This document shows, one piece after another, positions 53,401 to 63,940 of a DNA stretch of 64,000 nt. The notes beneath the pieces are model-generated. The model saw nothing but the letters and a program-made list of their open reading frames with translations, searched no databases and was not told the origin of the DNA. The DNA is from Acinetobacter phage At2. Each line of letters begins with the position of its first letter. Position 1 is the stretch's first letter. The translations under genes were made by a program, and so were the position numbers. Location of the stretch: the sequence record PQ656108.1; one strand, 5' to 3'.

Positions 53401-56400
53401 TCATACATATCCTGAGCAGCTTGTTTATCATCAATATCTGCAGTAGCCCAGTCACCTTCATGAAAGCTTTCTGGCTTAAGTTTTGCTTTAGCAGAACGAT
53501 ATGCCTTGTCCATCTCTGCATACACTTGAGTCATAGTCTTATCACGCATACCTGCAACTAAAGCAGTATATAAAGATTCAACTGCAAAAGACTCTTGATC
53601 AGTCATACGGAAACCTGCAGTAACAGCAGTCTCAGTAGTCATAGCATTACCTTGGTTGATGTAATCATCCCAAGCTTGTTCAGGAGACCAGTTACCATCT
53701 TTAGTTAAGAAGGTATCATCTAAACCACGATAAATAGTGTCAGATACTGTACGCATTAACTCAGACAACCTAGCTTTAAAAGCAGGATCTAAATTAGAGT
53801 TTAATGCTTCAAACACTTGCTGAGATGAGTAAGTATCTACTGTATCCCTTGCTTGTTGAGGTGCACCAAAGATAGTTGCTGTAGGCGTAGTATTAGCATC
53901 AGTACGTCCTAATAACTCCGTAGTATCAATGATTAGTGCTTCTAGTGCTGTTGCATCTTTAGCTGAATACTTACGTCCTGTGAAGCTCTCAAGCACACCT
54001 AGGATGTTCTCTACGAATGAACGTAAAGCTGTGATGATACGATCTTTACCACGTGCTGCTTTAGGAGCCATAGTACGATCTAAGTAATCAACAAACTCAG
54101 GGTATGAGAAACCAGTAGCAATAAACTCTTCTACGTTCTTTACACCATACTTAATTACATCACTGGCATTAGGATCAGCTTCCACCTGAGATTTGATGTG
54201 TTCATACAAGGCATCAATCTTATCTAGTGATTCCTTCGCCTTAGCGTGCGTTTTAGGATCCTTACGTACTTGGGCAATAGAATCTACCGTGATAGCGTGA
54301 ACAAGCTCATGCACGAGCATCTGTGCACGAATAGGACTATCGCTACGTAATATGTTGATCTGAGGGTTACCATCTTTGCCAGTAGTAAACCAAGCAGGAT
54401 TATTATTATCCATAGCTTCTTTCACACCATTAGCATTCTCAGGAGCATCAAGATCAGAGAAGTAATTCACTTCTAAACCTTCAGGCATACGCTCAGTGAT
54501 AAGATCAAGCATGGCATCATAGAACTGAGAGAACTTACCTTTGTTACCTTCTGAGTTATGGAACTGCTTAAGTTCAGCTTGAAGCATTGGAACTAGGTCT
54601 GAACCTTTCATAGTACCGTCTTGGTCTAAGTAATCTTGAATAGTTGTTGGCTCAGGTTTTGAACTCAACACTTCGTAGATAGCATTAGCTTGTGCCATGT
54701 CCTTCTTGTAGTCTTTACGTAATTTATCTACAGCATCAACAATCTGTTTACGCTTAGCATTAGTCATTACGAAGTGACCACCTTCTGTACCGTATTGGTT
54801 CACGTTTACCCAAGACTTCATATTATCTAATTTAGCAAGATCACGTTCATAAGCACGTTTAACCATTCCAGGTAAGATACCTAACTCTTCTACAGCAGTA
54901 TCAATAGCTTGTTTATTTGCTTTGTAGAATGTCTTATCGTCAATCAACTTTTGTAATGGGTTCATTAAAGCACGTACAAACTCACGGTTAACATGAGTAG
55001 TCATTAAACCATCTACAAAGGCTTCATTCTGGATCTTAGCCATCTCTTTACCTTGACCTACCTGTGAAGCGTTAGCATCATGATAGTTCTGTACTGGCAT
55101 AGCACCTAGAGCACTGTGAGCAATGAAGGCATCAATAGATTGAATGATTAAAGCTAAACCAGATACACCAGGATCTTTAACTACATCACGTTTAGCGTAC
55201 GCACGTACAGAGAATCCCTTACCTTGTTTAGAGTCCCAAGTACCTACAAAGTTAAACTGTTGTTCAGACATCTTAGTACCATCCCATGCAGTATCTAACT
55301 TCATGAGTGGGATAGAAGATTGCTTACTGTTAGTAGAGTTATTACCCATACCTGAAACTACAGAAGGGGTATAACGAGCAATAGACTTAAGTACTTTCTT
55401 TTCTTGCTGTGAAGATAAACCTTCTTGGCGATTACCTTTAGCATCAGTAATAACGTCAGTAGTGTCTTTCATAGCTTCTTCTAAAGCAGCTTTACGAATT
55501 AACTCATATACCTTAAACCCTGCAACTGCTTGTGCAGTCAAAGTATCACGTACCTCTTGGAAGTCTTTCATAGCAGTCTCAAGAGTGTTCTTAATAGCTT
55601 TACCATGTTGAATAGCAGACACATCTAATAAGGCTTTCTCTTGCTCTGCAGTAAGCATGAATTCCATGATATTACCTTGTGGTACCACTCTAGGTACTGA
55701 ACCAAGGAATGAGTTGTGGTAATCAATTACAGCATTAACAGCATCAACTAAGTTCTGAGCAGCAGCCATATCATTAGTTTTACCTGCCTTCTCTAAACCA
55801 GTATAGAAAGCATTAAGTACTTCACGACCATTGGCACGAATAATAGAAGCATTACCAGCACCATAGTTTGAAGTAGTAGTAATTGGCTTAGCACCTTTAC
55901 GTTTACCAAATGCAGGGTAGATAACACCTAGTGCATTAGCAGAAGCCAAGGCTTTAGGCTTGATATTAGGATCAGCTTTATATTCAGCCCACATCTGTTG
56001 CATGACTCCACCAAGCTGTTCATAGATATCTTCTTTACCTTGCTCTTTGTTAGTAGGTACGTTGGTTTTAGCCTTATTGGTAAATACACCACCTGCCTCT
56101 AACATATCAGCATCAGCAGTACCTAAAGCCACGTTAGTAATAACTGGCCCGTTAGTTACACCATCAGATTCAAATGCAATATCAGTAGTGAATGTACGAG
56201 CACCATCACGCTCAGCAATGTAGTGTTGAGCTAATGCTTGTAATGCACGTACAGACATTGGCCCCATACCAAACTCTTTAACTACACGTTCGATGTTAGC
56301 GATATCTTCTTTAGTACTCTTGGTTTCAATAATTGAAGCCATAGATTCAATACCTGCTTGTACGTAGTCACGTTGCAAGTATTCTTGGAACTTAGGTAAG

Positions 56401-59400
56401 AAAGATGCAGATGACATTTTATCTACTGTCTGGATACCTAATACATCAGATGCACCTTCTGCAGACATTGCTACAGCTTGTAAGAACTCACCATATTTAG
56501 TGGTAGTACCATCAGCATTATGAGTAGGTTCACCTACACCAACTTCTGTGATATGCGCAGACATACCCGCTACAGCACGATGAACTTTGTTAGCCTGTAA
56601 GTTAAATGCAGCATCATAACCGCTACGTTGGTTAGTCCAAATAGTGTGTTCAAAGAAGAACTCTTTAGAGTCATCTCCCAAGTTAGCACGCTGTTCAGCA
56701 ATCAAATCAAGACTACGCTCTAACGCTTGGTTAGCTGCTTCTTGACCTTCCCAGAACCTTTTGTGCATACCATCAAATGAACCATCTTCATTCTGTTTAA
56801 CGTAACCAAACAGTGTTTTAAGATCATCACGAGAAACCTTGTCCATAAATTGCATAGCAGTAGCAGACATCTTGTAGCCATTCTTTTGAGACTTCTCATA
56901 TACATCTTTAGCAAAGCTAGGAATAGCAGAACCCATACGGTTAAACGTATTAGGAGTACTGGTTACTGGCTCAGTAGAAGGTAGTTTGTTATAGCTAGGC
57001 ATATCAAATAGTTTAGATACGATACCGCTAGAACCTTTACTTGATTTAATGATTTGCTCTACACGTTTGTTAGGCTGTACACCATCATCAGTCTTAGGAC
57101 GAATAAATGAGATTGTAGACTTATCAGCTACAGCAGAGTCTTCATTTACAGAGTCTTCATTAGTTGCCATCAAGTCATCACGGGCAGCATCAAATTCAGC
57201 ACGAGGCATTTCAGTACGCTCAATATAACCATTCTGGTTTAGAGCTACTAAAGCCAAGGTACCAACTGCCATTTCTAGTTTAGCCTTACGTGCAGGATCC
57301 ACATCAGATACTGTTTTAAGTCCTAATGCTGCAACTGCCTTTTGACCAATACTAGCTGCCACTGCAGATTGGTGTTCACCCACTGTACGGAACTTAGAGT
57401 AGATATCTTGAGGAATATCTTCCACGTTTGAAACCAATAACAATGAAGCTACTTCACGTTCTGTATTAAGGGTCTTAGATCCATTTTCACCTAACCAAGT
57501 AAACATAGCAGCAGAGATAGCTGTCTTAGTGTTCTCTGGTAATTGACCATCTTCTAATAAGAATTGGTTAAAGTCTTGGTAGCGGAAGTCAGCATAGTCA
57601 TTACCTTTAGCTGTAGTACCTTTACGCTCACGAATTAAACCATCCAACTTAGATGACATAAAGTTAGAGAACTTAACAAAGTCATTTACTGTCTTGCTTT
57701 GAGTGTCAGTGATATATAAACCAGTAATCTCAGATACAGCAGTTTTATTATCACTACGGTTTAAAGTAGTAGTAATGAAGTTAGCTGTCTTATTTAAGAT
57801 GGTGTCTTTCTTATTGAAACCATCTACAACTAAGTTACGTTTGTTAGGTGCCTTAGCTCTTTCAGCAGTACGTGCAGCATTCTTATCAGCAGTCTCAGCA
57901 GAGTTAATATCTTGAGGTTCAGCTTCTTGCTTAGTCTCTTGTACTACTGTCTCATTAGGTTGAGTATCTGTACTTACATCTTGGTTTGCTGTGATTGCTT
58001 TGTCTGTGCTTGTCTGAACTTCCGTTGCTACGTCTTCGCTTACGCTACGACTTGCAACACGTTCAGCCTGCGCTACTTCACCTTCAACACTTCGCTGTTC
58101 GGTATTAGTTGTGGTTGGGGTTCCTTCTTGGGCAGGTTGTACTTCTGCCTGTGTTGTTCCCGTTCCAGGTGTAGCTGTTGTAGTGCCAGGTCGTGTTTGA
58201 GTATTGCGTGGATCTTCGACTCTTCTTGCGCTTTGGAAGTCATAATTGTCTCTCGCTTCTTGATTAAAAGAATCCATAGCATCATCAAAACTCATAGGAG
58301 CAGTTGGAGCTACAGATGGTTGTGAAGTTGGTTCTTGTAACTTAGACATCTCAAGCATAGCATTTTGAGTAGCAGTAATAGCTTGAGCTTCTGCTTGCAT
58401 ATACTCATTCATTTTAGTTACAGCTTCAATCTGTTTAGGTGAGCGAATAGTAATAGCACCATTCTCACGAGCAGCAGAACGAGATAACCAATCTCCTGTA
58501 TTGATTTCCCATGTACCTGCTTCGGTACGTACTACTTGTGTTGGTTGACCAGACATAGCTAATTGTAGGCCTTGTGCAACTACCTCTGCTTTCTGTACAT
58601 GTGATTGTTGGAATGCACCAATCTCACGTAACAAATTAGACTGTTGTACAGCATTACCAGTTTTAACAGCACGAGAGTATTGCTCTAAGTATTGAGGAGT
58701 AGAGCGATAGTTAGCATCAAACTTTTTACCTACTACTTGTTGGTTTACAGCATCAATATCTTTAACAGCATTCTGAGCAGCCACAGCTTCACTTAAAGCA
58801 CGTAAAGCTACCTTAGATGCTTCAGATATCTGAGGATCATTGATAGCAGCATTAATCTGTTCAGGGGTATATGAAGTTGGTGCACCGAAGATCTTCTGTT
58901 CAGTGGTTTGACTTGAAGGAGTACCACCAAGAATACCTGAGTATTTCTCATGCATAGTACGTGCTTCATCTACTAGAGTAGTGGCATGAGTAATAGCATC
59001 ATCTAATGCTTTCTCTTTACCTACGTACTGTTCTACGCTTGCATACTGTTCTTTTAAACCATCAACAATAGATGTGATCTGTTCAGCTTTAGCAGGATCA
59101 GTTTCAGCAAATCGAGCAATAGCAGCTTCACCATTGGCAATATTATTACGTAGTACATCAATACCTTTAAGGGTATCCCTTGCAGACTCTAAACCAGATA
59201 AATGAGTTTCAGCATCCATCATTACGGTATCTACACGCTCACGTACAGCAGCAATTTCTTCTGGAGAAGACTGTGGAGTAACAGCTTTAGCTTCACGGAT
59301 GATTGCAGCAGTAGGGTTGTAATCTGGAGAAGTAGGGTTAGCTAGATCAGCAGTATCGGTATCAGAAAGCTCTGGAGCATTCTCAACCATACGCTCACGT

Positions 59401-60524
59401 ATACGCTCTTGTTGACGTACAGCAGCATTAGTAATGGCAGATAACGCAGCATCAGCTAGTGATGATTTAGCATTGATCCCTGCACCCATTCCTGCACCTG
59501 CAAGAGTACCTAATACTAAGTCTTGGTTTAATCCTTGAATAGCATCTTTACCAGATGAAATGTTAGAGATTACGTTCTCTAAAGAAGACTGTGCTGCTTC
59601 TTCTGCTGCTTCTGTTGCAGTACCCACAGCAAGTGATGTCATACCTTTAGAAGGAGTACGACCCATGCCACTAGCTACTTGATCAATATCAGAACCACCA
59701 AAGCGGTTAGCTACACGTTGACCTGCTAAACCTACACCACCGCCTAATACACCAATACCTAAAGCACCTAATGCTTGTTCAGCAGTAGTATAGCCTTGAG
59801 CATTACGATCCATATTAGCTTGAGCTTGACCTGCCATAACGGTACCTTCACCGATAGCACCTGCCATACCTCGTGCACCTAATGCACCTGCACCACGACC
59901 AATAGCACCACCTGCTAATAAAGATGGTACAGATTCAACAATAGTATTTGCTACTAAAGAAGGATTATCTAAAGCATAGCCAAGTGTTTGACCTAAGCTA
60001 GATAAGTTATCACCTAGGGACTTTTGAGTACTCATCCCAGGGATAGCAGCTAGTTCTTGAGCTTGTTGTAAACCTGCAGCAGAAGCTTGTTGTCCTATAA
60101 TGTTCTTAGCATCAGCAAAGCGTACACCTGCATCATCCAATGCTTTAGTAAACCTACCACCTTGAACTTCCCAGTTTACTTCTGGGGCTAAACCAATAGC
60201 AGCAAGAGCTTGTTGTGAGAGTTGTTGTGTTGATTGCAAACCAGTATCTAATAAGTCAACGATACCTGCACCTGCTTGAGGAACACCTACAATACCTTTA
60301 CCTAATGCTACACCTGCATCTTGTGCATACTCACCAAGTGATCTGTAAGTCTCTTGTTGCATAGGTGTATTCACCAGTTGCTGTGCAGCTAGTGTAGGAT
60401 CTGGAGCAATATAGTTATTCGCATAAGCAGTGTTAGCAATGTTTGTAGTTGATACCTTAGGGGCAAGTGATGCACTTACCCTGTCTAATGCAGCAGCTAC
60501 TTGTAATGATTTATATGATGCCAT
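50496..60524 (-). CDS. giant virion RNA polymerase (vRNAP, 3342 aa), N4 gp50-like
   Basis: Single 10-kb ORF on the late strand, a size only consistent with N4-type virion RNAPs; central region has T7-like RNAP-type motifs (FESDGVTNGP; HDANAS); long Ala/Gly/Gln-rich N-terminal domain. Confidence 0.8.
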   Translation of the reverse strand: MASYKSLQVAAALDRVSASLAPKVSTTNIANTAYANNYIAPDPTLAAQQLVNTPMQQETYRSLGEYAQDAGVALGKGIVGVPQAGAGIVDLLDTGLQSTQQLSQQALAAIGLAPEVNWEVQGGRFTKALDDAGVRFADAKNIIGQQASAAGLQQAQELAAIPGMSTQKSLGDNLSSLGQTLGYALDNPSLVANTIVESVPSLLAGGAIGRGAGALGARGMAGAIGEGTVMAGQAQANMDRNAQGYTTAEQALGALGIGVLGGGVGLAGQRVANRFGGSDIDQVASGMGRTPSKGMTSLAVGTATEAAEEAAQSSLENVISNISSGKDAIQGLNQDLVLGTLAGAGMGAGINAKSSLADAALSAITNAAVRQQERIRERMVENAPELSDTDTADLANPTSPDYNPTAAIIREAKAVTPQSSPEEIAAVRERVDTVMMDAETHLSGLESARDTLKGIDVLRNNIANGEAAIARFAETDPAKAEQITSIVDGLKEQYASVEQYVGKEKALDDAITHATTLVDEARTMHEKYSGILGGTPSSQTTEQKIFGAPTSYTPEQINAAINDPQISEASKVALRALSEAVAAQNAVKDIDAVNQQVVGKKFDANYRSTPQYLEQYSRAVKTGNAVQQSNLLREIGAFQQSHVQKAEVVAQGLQLAMSGQPTQVVRTEAGTWEINTGDWLSRSAARENGAITIRSPKQIEAVTKMNEYMQAEAQAITATQNAMLEMSKLQEPTSQPSVAPTAPMSFDDAMDSFNQEARDNYDFQSARRVEDPRNTQTRPGTTTATPGTGTTQAEVQPAQEGTPTTTNTEQRSVEGEVAQAERVASRSVSEDVATEVQTSTDKAITANQDVSTDTQPNETVVQETKQEAEPQDINSAETADKNAARTAERAKAPNKRNLVVDGFNKKDTILNKTANFITTTLNRSDNKTAVSEITGLYITDTQSKTVNDFVKFSNFMSSKLDGLIRERKGTTAKGNDYADFRYQDFNQFLLEDGQLPENTKTAISAAMFTWLGENGSKTLNTEREVASLLLVSNVEDIPQDIYSKFRTVGEHQSAVAASIGQKAVAALGLKTVSDVDPARKAKLEMAVGTLALVALNQNGYIERTEMPRAEFDAARDDLMATNEDSVNEDSAVADKSTISFIRPKTDDGVQPNKRVEQIIKSSKGSSGIVSKLFDMPSYNKLPSTEPVTSTPNTFNRMGSAIPSFAKDVYEKSQKNGYKMSATAMQFMDKVSRDDLKTLFGYVKQNEDGSFDGMHKRFWEGQEAANQALERSLDLIAEQRANLGDDSKEFFFEHTIWTNQRSGYDAAFNLQANKVHRAVAGMSAHITEVGVGEPTHNADGTTTKYGEFLQAVAMSAEGASDVLGIQTVDKMSSASFLPKFQEYLQRDYVQAGIESMASIIETKSTKEDIANIERVVKEFGMGPMSVRALQALAQHYIAERDGARTFTTDIAFESDGVTNGPVITNVALGTADADMLEAGGVFTNKAKTNVPTNKEQGKEDIYEQLGGVMQQMWAEYKADPNIKPKALASANALGVIYPAFGKRKGAKPITTTSNYGAGNASIIRANGREVLNAFYTGLEKAGKTNDMAAAQNLVDAVNAVIDYHNSFLGSVPRVVPQGNIMEFMLTAEQEKALLDVSAIQHGKAIKNTLETAMKDFQEVRDTLTAQAVAGFKVYELIRKAALEEAMKDTTDVITDAKGNRQEGLSSQQEKKVLKSIARYTPSVVSGMGNNSTNSKQSSIPLMKLDTAWDGTKMSEQQFNFVGTWDSKQGKGFSVRAYAKRDVVKDPGVSGLALIIQSIDAFIAHSALGAMPVQNYHDANASQVGQGKEMAKIQNEAFVDGLMTTHVNREFVRALMNPLQKLIDDKTFYKANKQAIDTAVEELGILPGMVKRAYERDLAKLDNMKSWVNVNQYGTEGGHFVMTNAKRKQIVDAVDKLRKDYKKDMAQANAIYEVLSSKPEPTTIQDYLDQDGTMKGSDLVPMLQAELKQFHNSEGNKGKFSQFYDAMLDLITERMPEGLEVNYFSDLDAPENANGVKEAMDNNNPAWFTTGKDGNPQINILRSDSPIRAQMLVHELVHAITVDSIAQVRKDPKTHAKAKESLDKIDALYEHIKSQVEADPNASDVIKYGVKNVEEFIATGFSYPEFVDYLDRTMAPKAARGKDRIITALRSFVENILGVLESFTGRKYSAKDATALEALIIDTTELLGRTDANTTPTATIFGAPQQARDTVDTYSSQQVFEALNSNLDPAFKARLSELMRTVSDTIYRGLDDTFLTKDGNWSPEQAWDDYINQGNAMTTETAVTAGFRMTDQESFAVESLYTALVAGMRDKTMTQVYAEMDKAYRSAKAKLKPESFHEGDWATADIDDKQAAQDMYDFLFKLGRDNPEPLARFTAMALGSQQLNSLLGFAVSGVDTKPDTNYERIVEAVNKVLDFVFGLMTNSRKGQAVNSKLELLSKELARIDAKNREFAVSKLEAQMEKLTDYTDGVSQKVRDRLVSLAEKDALAKSRFTAVRLASNVTRLSAKGDLWTTLDVVKEMATMDNPNQKLGLFGEIINEAANNDGTKNAVERMLRITKLNNQTKENLRDTTSKNVMSTFEENGQYLTKDDKTAITTMLRADLGALTDQYSTKEIAKLYADKSFNNKEIASIESVLNDQVIANRAKQLAKYMITGKASPGLAKNARLVVSGFNNELVPENDPRIALADKLASLYAINYTDNATKNLLIRVFNRELKNKTNGIDTSIKFHKELAKVAKDTLFADNSVSVTKGYMPEITNPNRDIRIAGSDAEAQILKQQYYKEVRVLGKDLTDPRTNTNRLFMTEEANIQRLVSGAIEVVSTNRKGTQVFMEGKELAATINKVSRAVPTDKNYNPMSDKNVYMVPNYDTQGKVIGFSYEMSGKNRDTLLERNNDFAELLGAYAATNFNKVTVPHQNNDVVDAAYEDYKANFASNPRAYVTVGPNSTDYGLREIWALLPEDTRQHITSVWGKDGMLVRNDVLLTMFGYRKYSLNQAFDKMDEAKSMFEKIYTGTMVELFGNNAKLKGVRFERAWQEGVSLMKDIIVIRNVKTMLANTMSNAMLLMAHGVSPTDIVKDSMLAIRSGLAYRKSMARLMAIRQNQRAGVGDFNKLEQEALALEHSISRNPLAGFIEEGMMPTIVEDVDPSTDHYSYKSRLQEKVDNLTSGVPKSVKTAAKWAFVSPDTPLYKFLNNATQFSDFSSKYVMYKYYTQKAKEKLSHEDAIQIASDNFVNYDVPTARGLQYLNDMGIVMFTKYNIRIQKALFQLLKKRPATAMAQAVFINSFTNLEAGIDPLIWFNMGNPMRGGALGLPSALDEPLPIKMMTGMF

Positions 60525-60546
60525 GTTAAGTCCTTAAATAAGAAAA

Positions 60547-60564
60547 GCACGTAATTATACGTGC
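60547..60564 (-). terminator. hairpin terminator (minus strand) upstream of the vRNAP gene
   Basis: GCACGTA-atta-TACGTGC; on the minus strand it is followed by TTTTCTT. Confidence 0.5.
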
Positions 60565-60589
60565 CTATCCTACCAGAACCTAAAAAGAA

Positions 60590-62299
60590 TTACTTCTTCT
60601 TCTTGCCATACATCTGTTCATAGAGTGTAGGGTTAATTAATTTAAGTGCTTGTTTCCTGTCTGGAGGTGTAGCACCTGAATCTTGATACTTACGCTGTAA
60701 AGCAGTAATAGCACTGTTAAGAGCAGCATCTTGACTTGCTTTAAAGGTAGCGGTCTGATTCTTAATATATTCCTTAGCCCTGTTATCAATAAAATTTTTA
60801 ACAGACTGGTTAGGAACATATTCATTCAGTGCGGTACTGTTTACAAAATTATATGTACCTTCAAGGATATTAACCTTAGCTTCCTCAGGCAAAGAAGACC
60901 ATACCTTATTATTTTTAGCCATAGCCACAATATCATTTGATTTCGTAATAATAGGGTTAAGTCCACCTTTGGTAAAAGAAAACTCTTTCTTACCTGCTAA
61001 CCAAGCATCAACACCTTTTGAACCACCTGCTATAGAGCCTTTCTGTTGACTGGCTGCCTTACTAGAGTTGTATGCAGCAGTGGCTTTATCAATAGCAGTG
61101 TTATAGGCACTACGCACTTCTGTTAATGCTTGAGGAGTAATACCCTTTACAGCAGCAGAAGCTTGAGTAGTAGTACTACCTTTAGAACCACCTAGAACCT
61201 TAGGAACATAGTCACGTGTTTCTTTAGGCAACTTAGACAACCAATTAGCACCACCTTTCTTAATGGCATCTTGTACTGCCCCAGGCCCTGCATTATATGC
61301 AGCTACAGCTTGTTCAGTAGTAAAGTTATGCGCCTTAGCAATACGTTGAATATATTGGTTTGCCCATGCTACTTGTTGATCTGGAGTAGTAGTCTGTAAG
61401 TTAATAGGTTGCATACCATAGCCAGGCTTTGCTGCAGTAGCAGGCATAATCTGAGCAATACCCAAAGCACCTTTAGGAGATCGAGTAAGATTACCTTTAC
61501 TGTCAGTATGTCTAAAACCTGATTCAGTACGTACGATATTACCCATCAGATCACTAATACCCATAAAGGCTTCTAACTTTGTAGGGTTAGCTACAGTAGT
61601 CACATTACCATTAGCATCAATGGTTTGTGTTGTAGTACCTGCCTCAGGCATCAAAGCATTTACAGCATTGATATTGGCATTCTGCTGTTGTAAACCAAAT
61701 GACTTATTCCACTGATCCTGTTGGATTAAATCCTGTTGAACCTTGTAGTTATAGTCACGATCATTAACACCCTTACGATAGTTAAAGTCACGGGTATCCC
61801 TTAAGTCACCAACCATCTGCTGTGCTTGCTGTGAAAGGTCTACACCTTGAATAGCATTAAATGCAGCTAACTGTTCAGGAGTAGCATTAGCCTGTTGAAG
61901 CCTAGAAGCATATAAAGCATTTAACTGAGGTATTGCAGCCTGTGCAGCTTGAGCATTCTGTAAATTAATATTCTGAAGATCACGGGCAGCTAAAGTAGAC
62001 CCACGAGTATCAATAGCATTCCGTACCGCACTTTGATCATAACCACGCCCATACTGCTGTTGCAGTGCTTGGACTGCGTTCATTGCGTTAGGTAAGTCTG
62101 CTGAGGTCTGAGCACGCATAAGCGTATTCAGAATCTCATCAGTATTACGTTGTTTAAGAGCATCTGCATAATCACCTACAGCTTGGCCCATAGCGGCAAT
62201 CCCCGCATTAACTTGTTGATTGCCTTGGGTAAGTGAAGCAATGTTAGCAGCCTGATCTAAGGGACGAATAAACTCCCAATCATACTGAGATCTTGCCAT
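60590..62299 (-). CDS. virion-associated protein with lytic transglycosylase (SLT) domain
   Basis: TESGF ... GALGIAQIMPATA (catalytic E-S plus the GLMQ-IMP-AT-like motif of family 1 SLT); encoded directly upstream of vRNAP like the N4 ejection proteins. Confidence 0.6.
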   Translation of the reverse strand: MARSQYDWEFIRPLDQAANIASLTQGNQQVNAGIAAMGQAVGDYADALKQRNTDEILNTLMRAQTSADLPNAMNAVQALQQQYGRGYDQSAVRNAIDTRGSTLAARDLQNINLQNAQAAQAAIPQLNALYASRLQQANATPEQLAAFNAIQGVDLSQQAQQMVGDLRDTRDFNYRKGVNDRDYNYKVQQDLIQQDQWNKSFGLQQQNANINAVNALMPEAGTTTQTIDANGNVTTVANPTKLEAFMGISDLMGNIVRTESGFRHTDSKGNLTRSPKGALGIAQIMPATAAKPGYGMQPINLQTTTPDQQVAWANQYIQRIAKAHNFTTEQAVAAYNAGPGAVQDAIKKGGANWLSKLPKETRDYVPKVLGGSKGSTTTQASAAVKGITPQALTEVRSAYNTAIDKATAAYNSSKAASQQKGSIAGGSKGVDAWLAGKKEFSFTKGGLNPIITKSNDIVAMAKNNKVWSSLPEEAKVNILEGTYNFVNSTALNEYVPNQSVKNFIDNRAKEYIKNQTATFKASQDAALNSAITALQRKYQDSGATPPDRKQALKLINPTLYEQMYGKKKK

Positions 62300-62793
62300 T
62301 ATTTAACTCCGTACTTCTTCATGTAATCAGATACAGATTCATAGGCAACTGGGTTAGAAGCTACACGTGCACGTTGACGGTCTTCTAAGTTACGGTTGAT
62401 ATTCTGTTTAGATAGGTTCATCTGTTCACGGAATTGATTAGCCTGTTGGTTCATGTTTTCACGTACAAGCTTATTCTGTTGGAATCCTTGCCATGCACCA
62501 ATACCACCAGTAATTAAACCAATACCAGATTTAAGTAAGTCTGAGTTATTAGATAACCAGTTGTTGGTACCACTTATCCAGTTACTTCCTGCAGGATAGT
62601 TACCAATCTCAGTACCCATAGCAGAGCCTACAGATTGATATGTAGGGTTATTACCGAGAGCATTATAGTTACCACCGAAGTCTAAACTTGGTAGTGAATA
62701 GCCTGTTGTAGTGTTAGGCGCAATGCCACCTAGCCCACCAGGTTGACCTAGTTGAAGGCCAGGAGTGTTATAGTTCAGGAACGGATAATTCAT
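62299..62793 (-). CDS. hypothetical virion protein (164 aa, Gly/Asn-rich N-terminus)
   Basis: ORF; stop overlaps the next gene start. Confidence 0.45.
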   Translation of the reverse strand: MNYPFLNYNTPGLQLGQPGGLGGIAPNTTTGYSLPSLDFGGNYNALGNNPTYQSVGSAMGTEIGNYPAGSNWISGTNNWLSNNSDLLKSGIGLITGGIGAWQGFQQNKLVRENMNQQANQFREQMNLSKQNINRNLEDRQRARVASNPVAYESVSDYMKKYGVK

Positions 62794-63940
62794 CAGTTCT
62801 CTCCTTAATTCTGTTTAAGATAGTTTCCCGTGTAGGTAACGTAAGTGACTCTGACACGTTGTTTTCTAGGATGTAGTATATAGCAGTTCCTACGTTAGAT
62901 ACATGAACACTTCTTGAGTAGTAATCTTCTACTGGTTCACCCATACGAACACCAATATTCAAAGGAGGTTCAAACATCAGTAAGGTAGAGTCTCCTGCTA
63001 CACCTAATTCCTCATACTTCTGTTTAAGTGCTTTCTGTTCAGCAGATAGTTCTGCAAACAAAGATGTGTATTGTTTGATGGTTTCCTTAAGCTGTAAAGC
63101 AAAGCCTTGAGCTGACATAGAGAAAGCTTGGGTAGCAATAGTTAGTAGCTGAGCTGCTGTCACACCTGCCATAGCTACATCTTTAATAGCACCATAAGCA
63201 CCAAACACTGCAGCTACTACAGCAGCTACAGCAGCAACAATACCTACATCCACACCCATATTAACCAATAGTTTTACGGCTAGCTGTAGTACTAGCCCAA
63301 TGGCAATAGCTTGAGCTACTGCTACTGCTGCAGCAACAATATAAGCAGATAGTGGAGCACCTGCACCTACAGTAACCACAGAGATAATAATAGCAATTAC
63401 AATCATAATGGCTTGGAAGATACCAGTCTGATACCACTTCTTCTTAATAACCTTTACCGTATTAATAATGATATGCATAGACTTAGTGTAGAGTTCTTCT
63501 AACTGCTTATTATTGAATTCATGGTTTAAGCTGATATCAATAGGTATCATCAAGTTAGCTGAGTCACCCGAGGCAGTAGTGTTATAACCACCAATTACAT
63601 GTTCAGAGCAAGCTAAACCATACACTCTAATCTCACGGTATACGTTGGGTGCAATCTGTTTCCTATAGAAATGGTGGACAATAGAAGACATAGGCCTAAA
63701 CACACTTCCAGGTCTGCCAGTGAATACATACTCTTTTCTCATACCAGAAGCTACTGATCCTACCTTACCGATAGAGCCTTGTATATCCATGAAACCAATA
63801 GAAGTAAATGCTACTGTCTGAGTGTACTCTTCATCCTTAATAACAATAGATTGTCCTTCTTTAGAGCCATAAGACAACATCTCTAATTTAAGGTCACTAA
63901 AGCTACTGTTAGCAAACTTCTGAGGAATACGACCATACAA
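62768..63940 (-). CDS. multi-TM membrane/virion protein (390 aa)
   Basis: Several Ala/Val/Ile-rich TM segments (IMIVIAIIISVVTVGAGAPLSAYIVAAAVAVAQAIAIGLVL ...). Confidence 0.5.
   Translation of the reverse strand: MYGRIPQKFANSSFSDLKLEMLSYGSKEGQSIVIKDEEYTQTVAFTSIGFMDIQGSIGKVGSVASGMRKEYVFTGRPGSVFRPMSSIVHHFYRKQIAPNVYREIRVYGLACSEHVIGGYNTTASGDSANLMIPIDISLNHEFNNKQLEELYTKSMHIIINTVKVIKKKWYQTGIFQAIMIVIAIIISVVTVGAGAPLSAYIVAAAVAVAQAIAIGLVLQLAVKLLVNMGVDVGIVAAVAAVVAAVFGAYGAIKDVAMAGVTAAQLLTIATQAFSMSAQGFALQLKETIKQYTSLFAELSAEQKALKQKYEELGVAGDSTLLMFEPPLNIGVRMGEPVEDYYSRSVHVSNVGTAIYYILENNVSESLTLPTRETILNRIKERTDELSVPEL

Noticed and set aside
50518-58325. Plus-strand ORFs 50518-50703, 52846-53061, 55144-55374, 57703-57915, 57912-58325 and minus-strand alternative-frame ORFs 56720-56914 and 58073-58288, all inside the vRNAP gene
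   Set aside because: They are embedded in a 10-kb gene with clear protein-level motifs. The antisense ORFs are low-complexity (Cys/Leu/Ser-rich) as expected from reverse translation of an Ala/Gln-rich gene, and none has RBS support.
60637-60940. ORFs 60637-60825 and 60731-60940 inside the SLT-protein gene
   Set aside because: They are alternative-frame or antisense overlaps within a gene that has clear SLT motifs.
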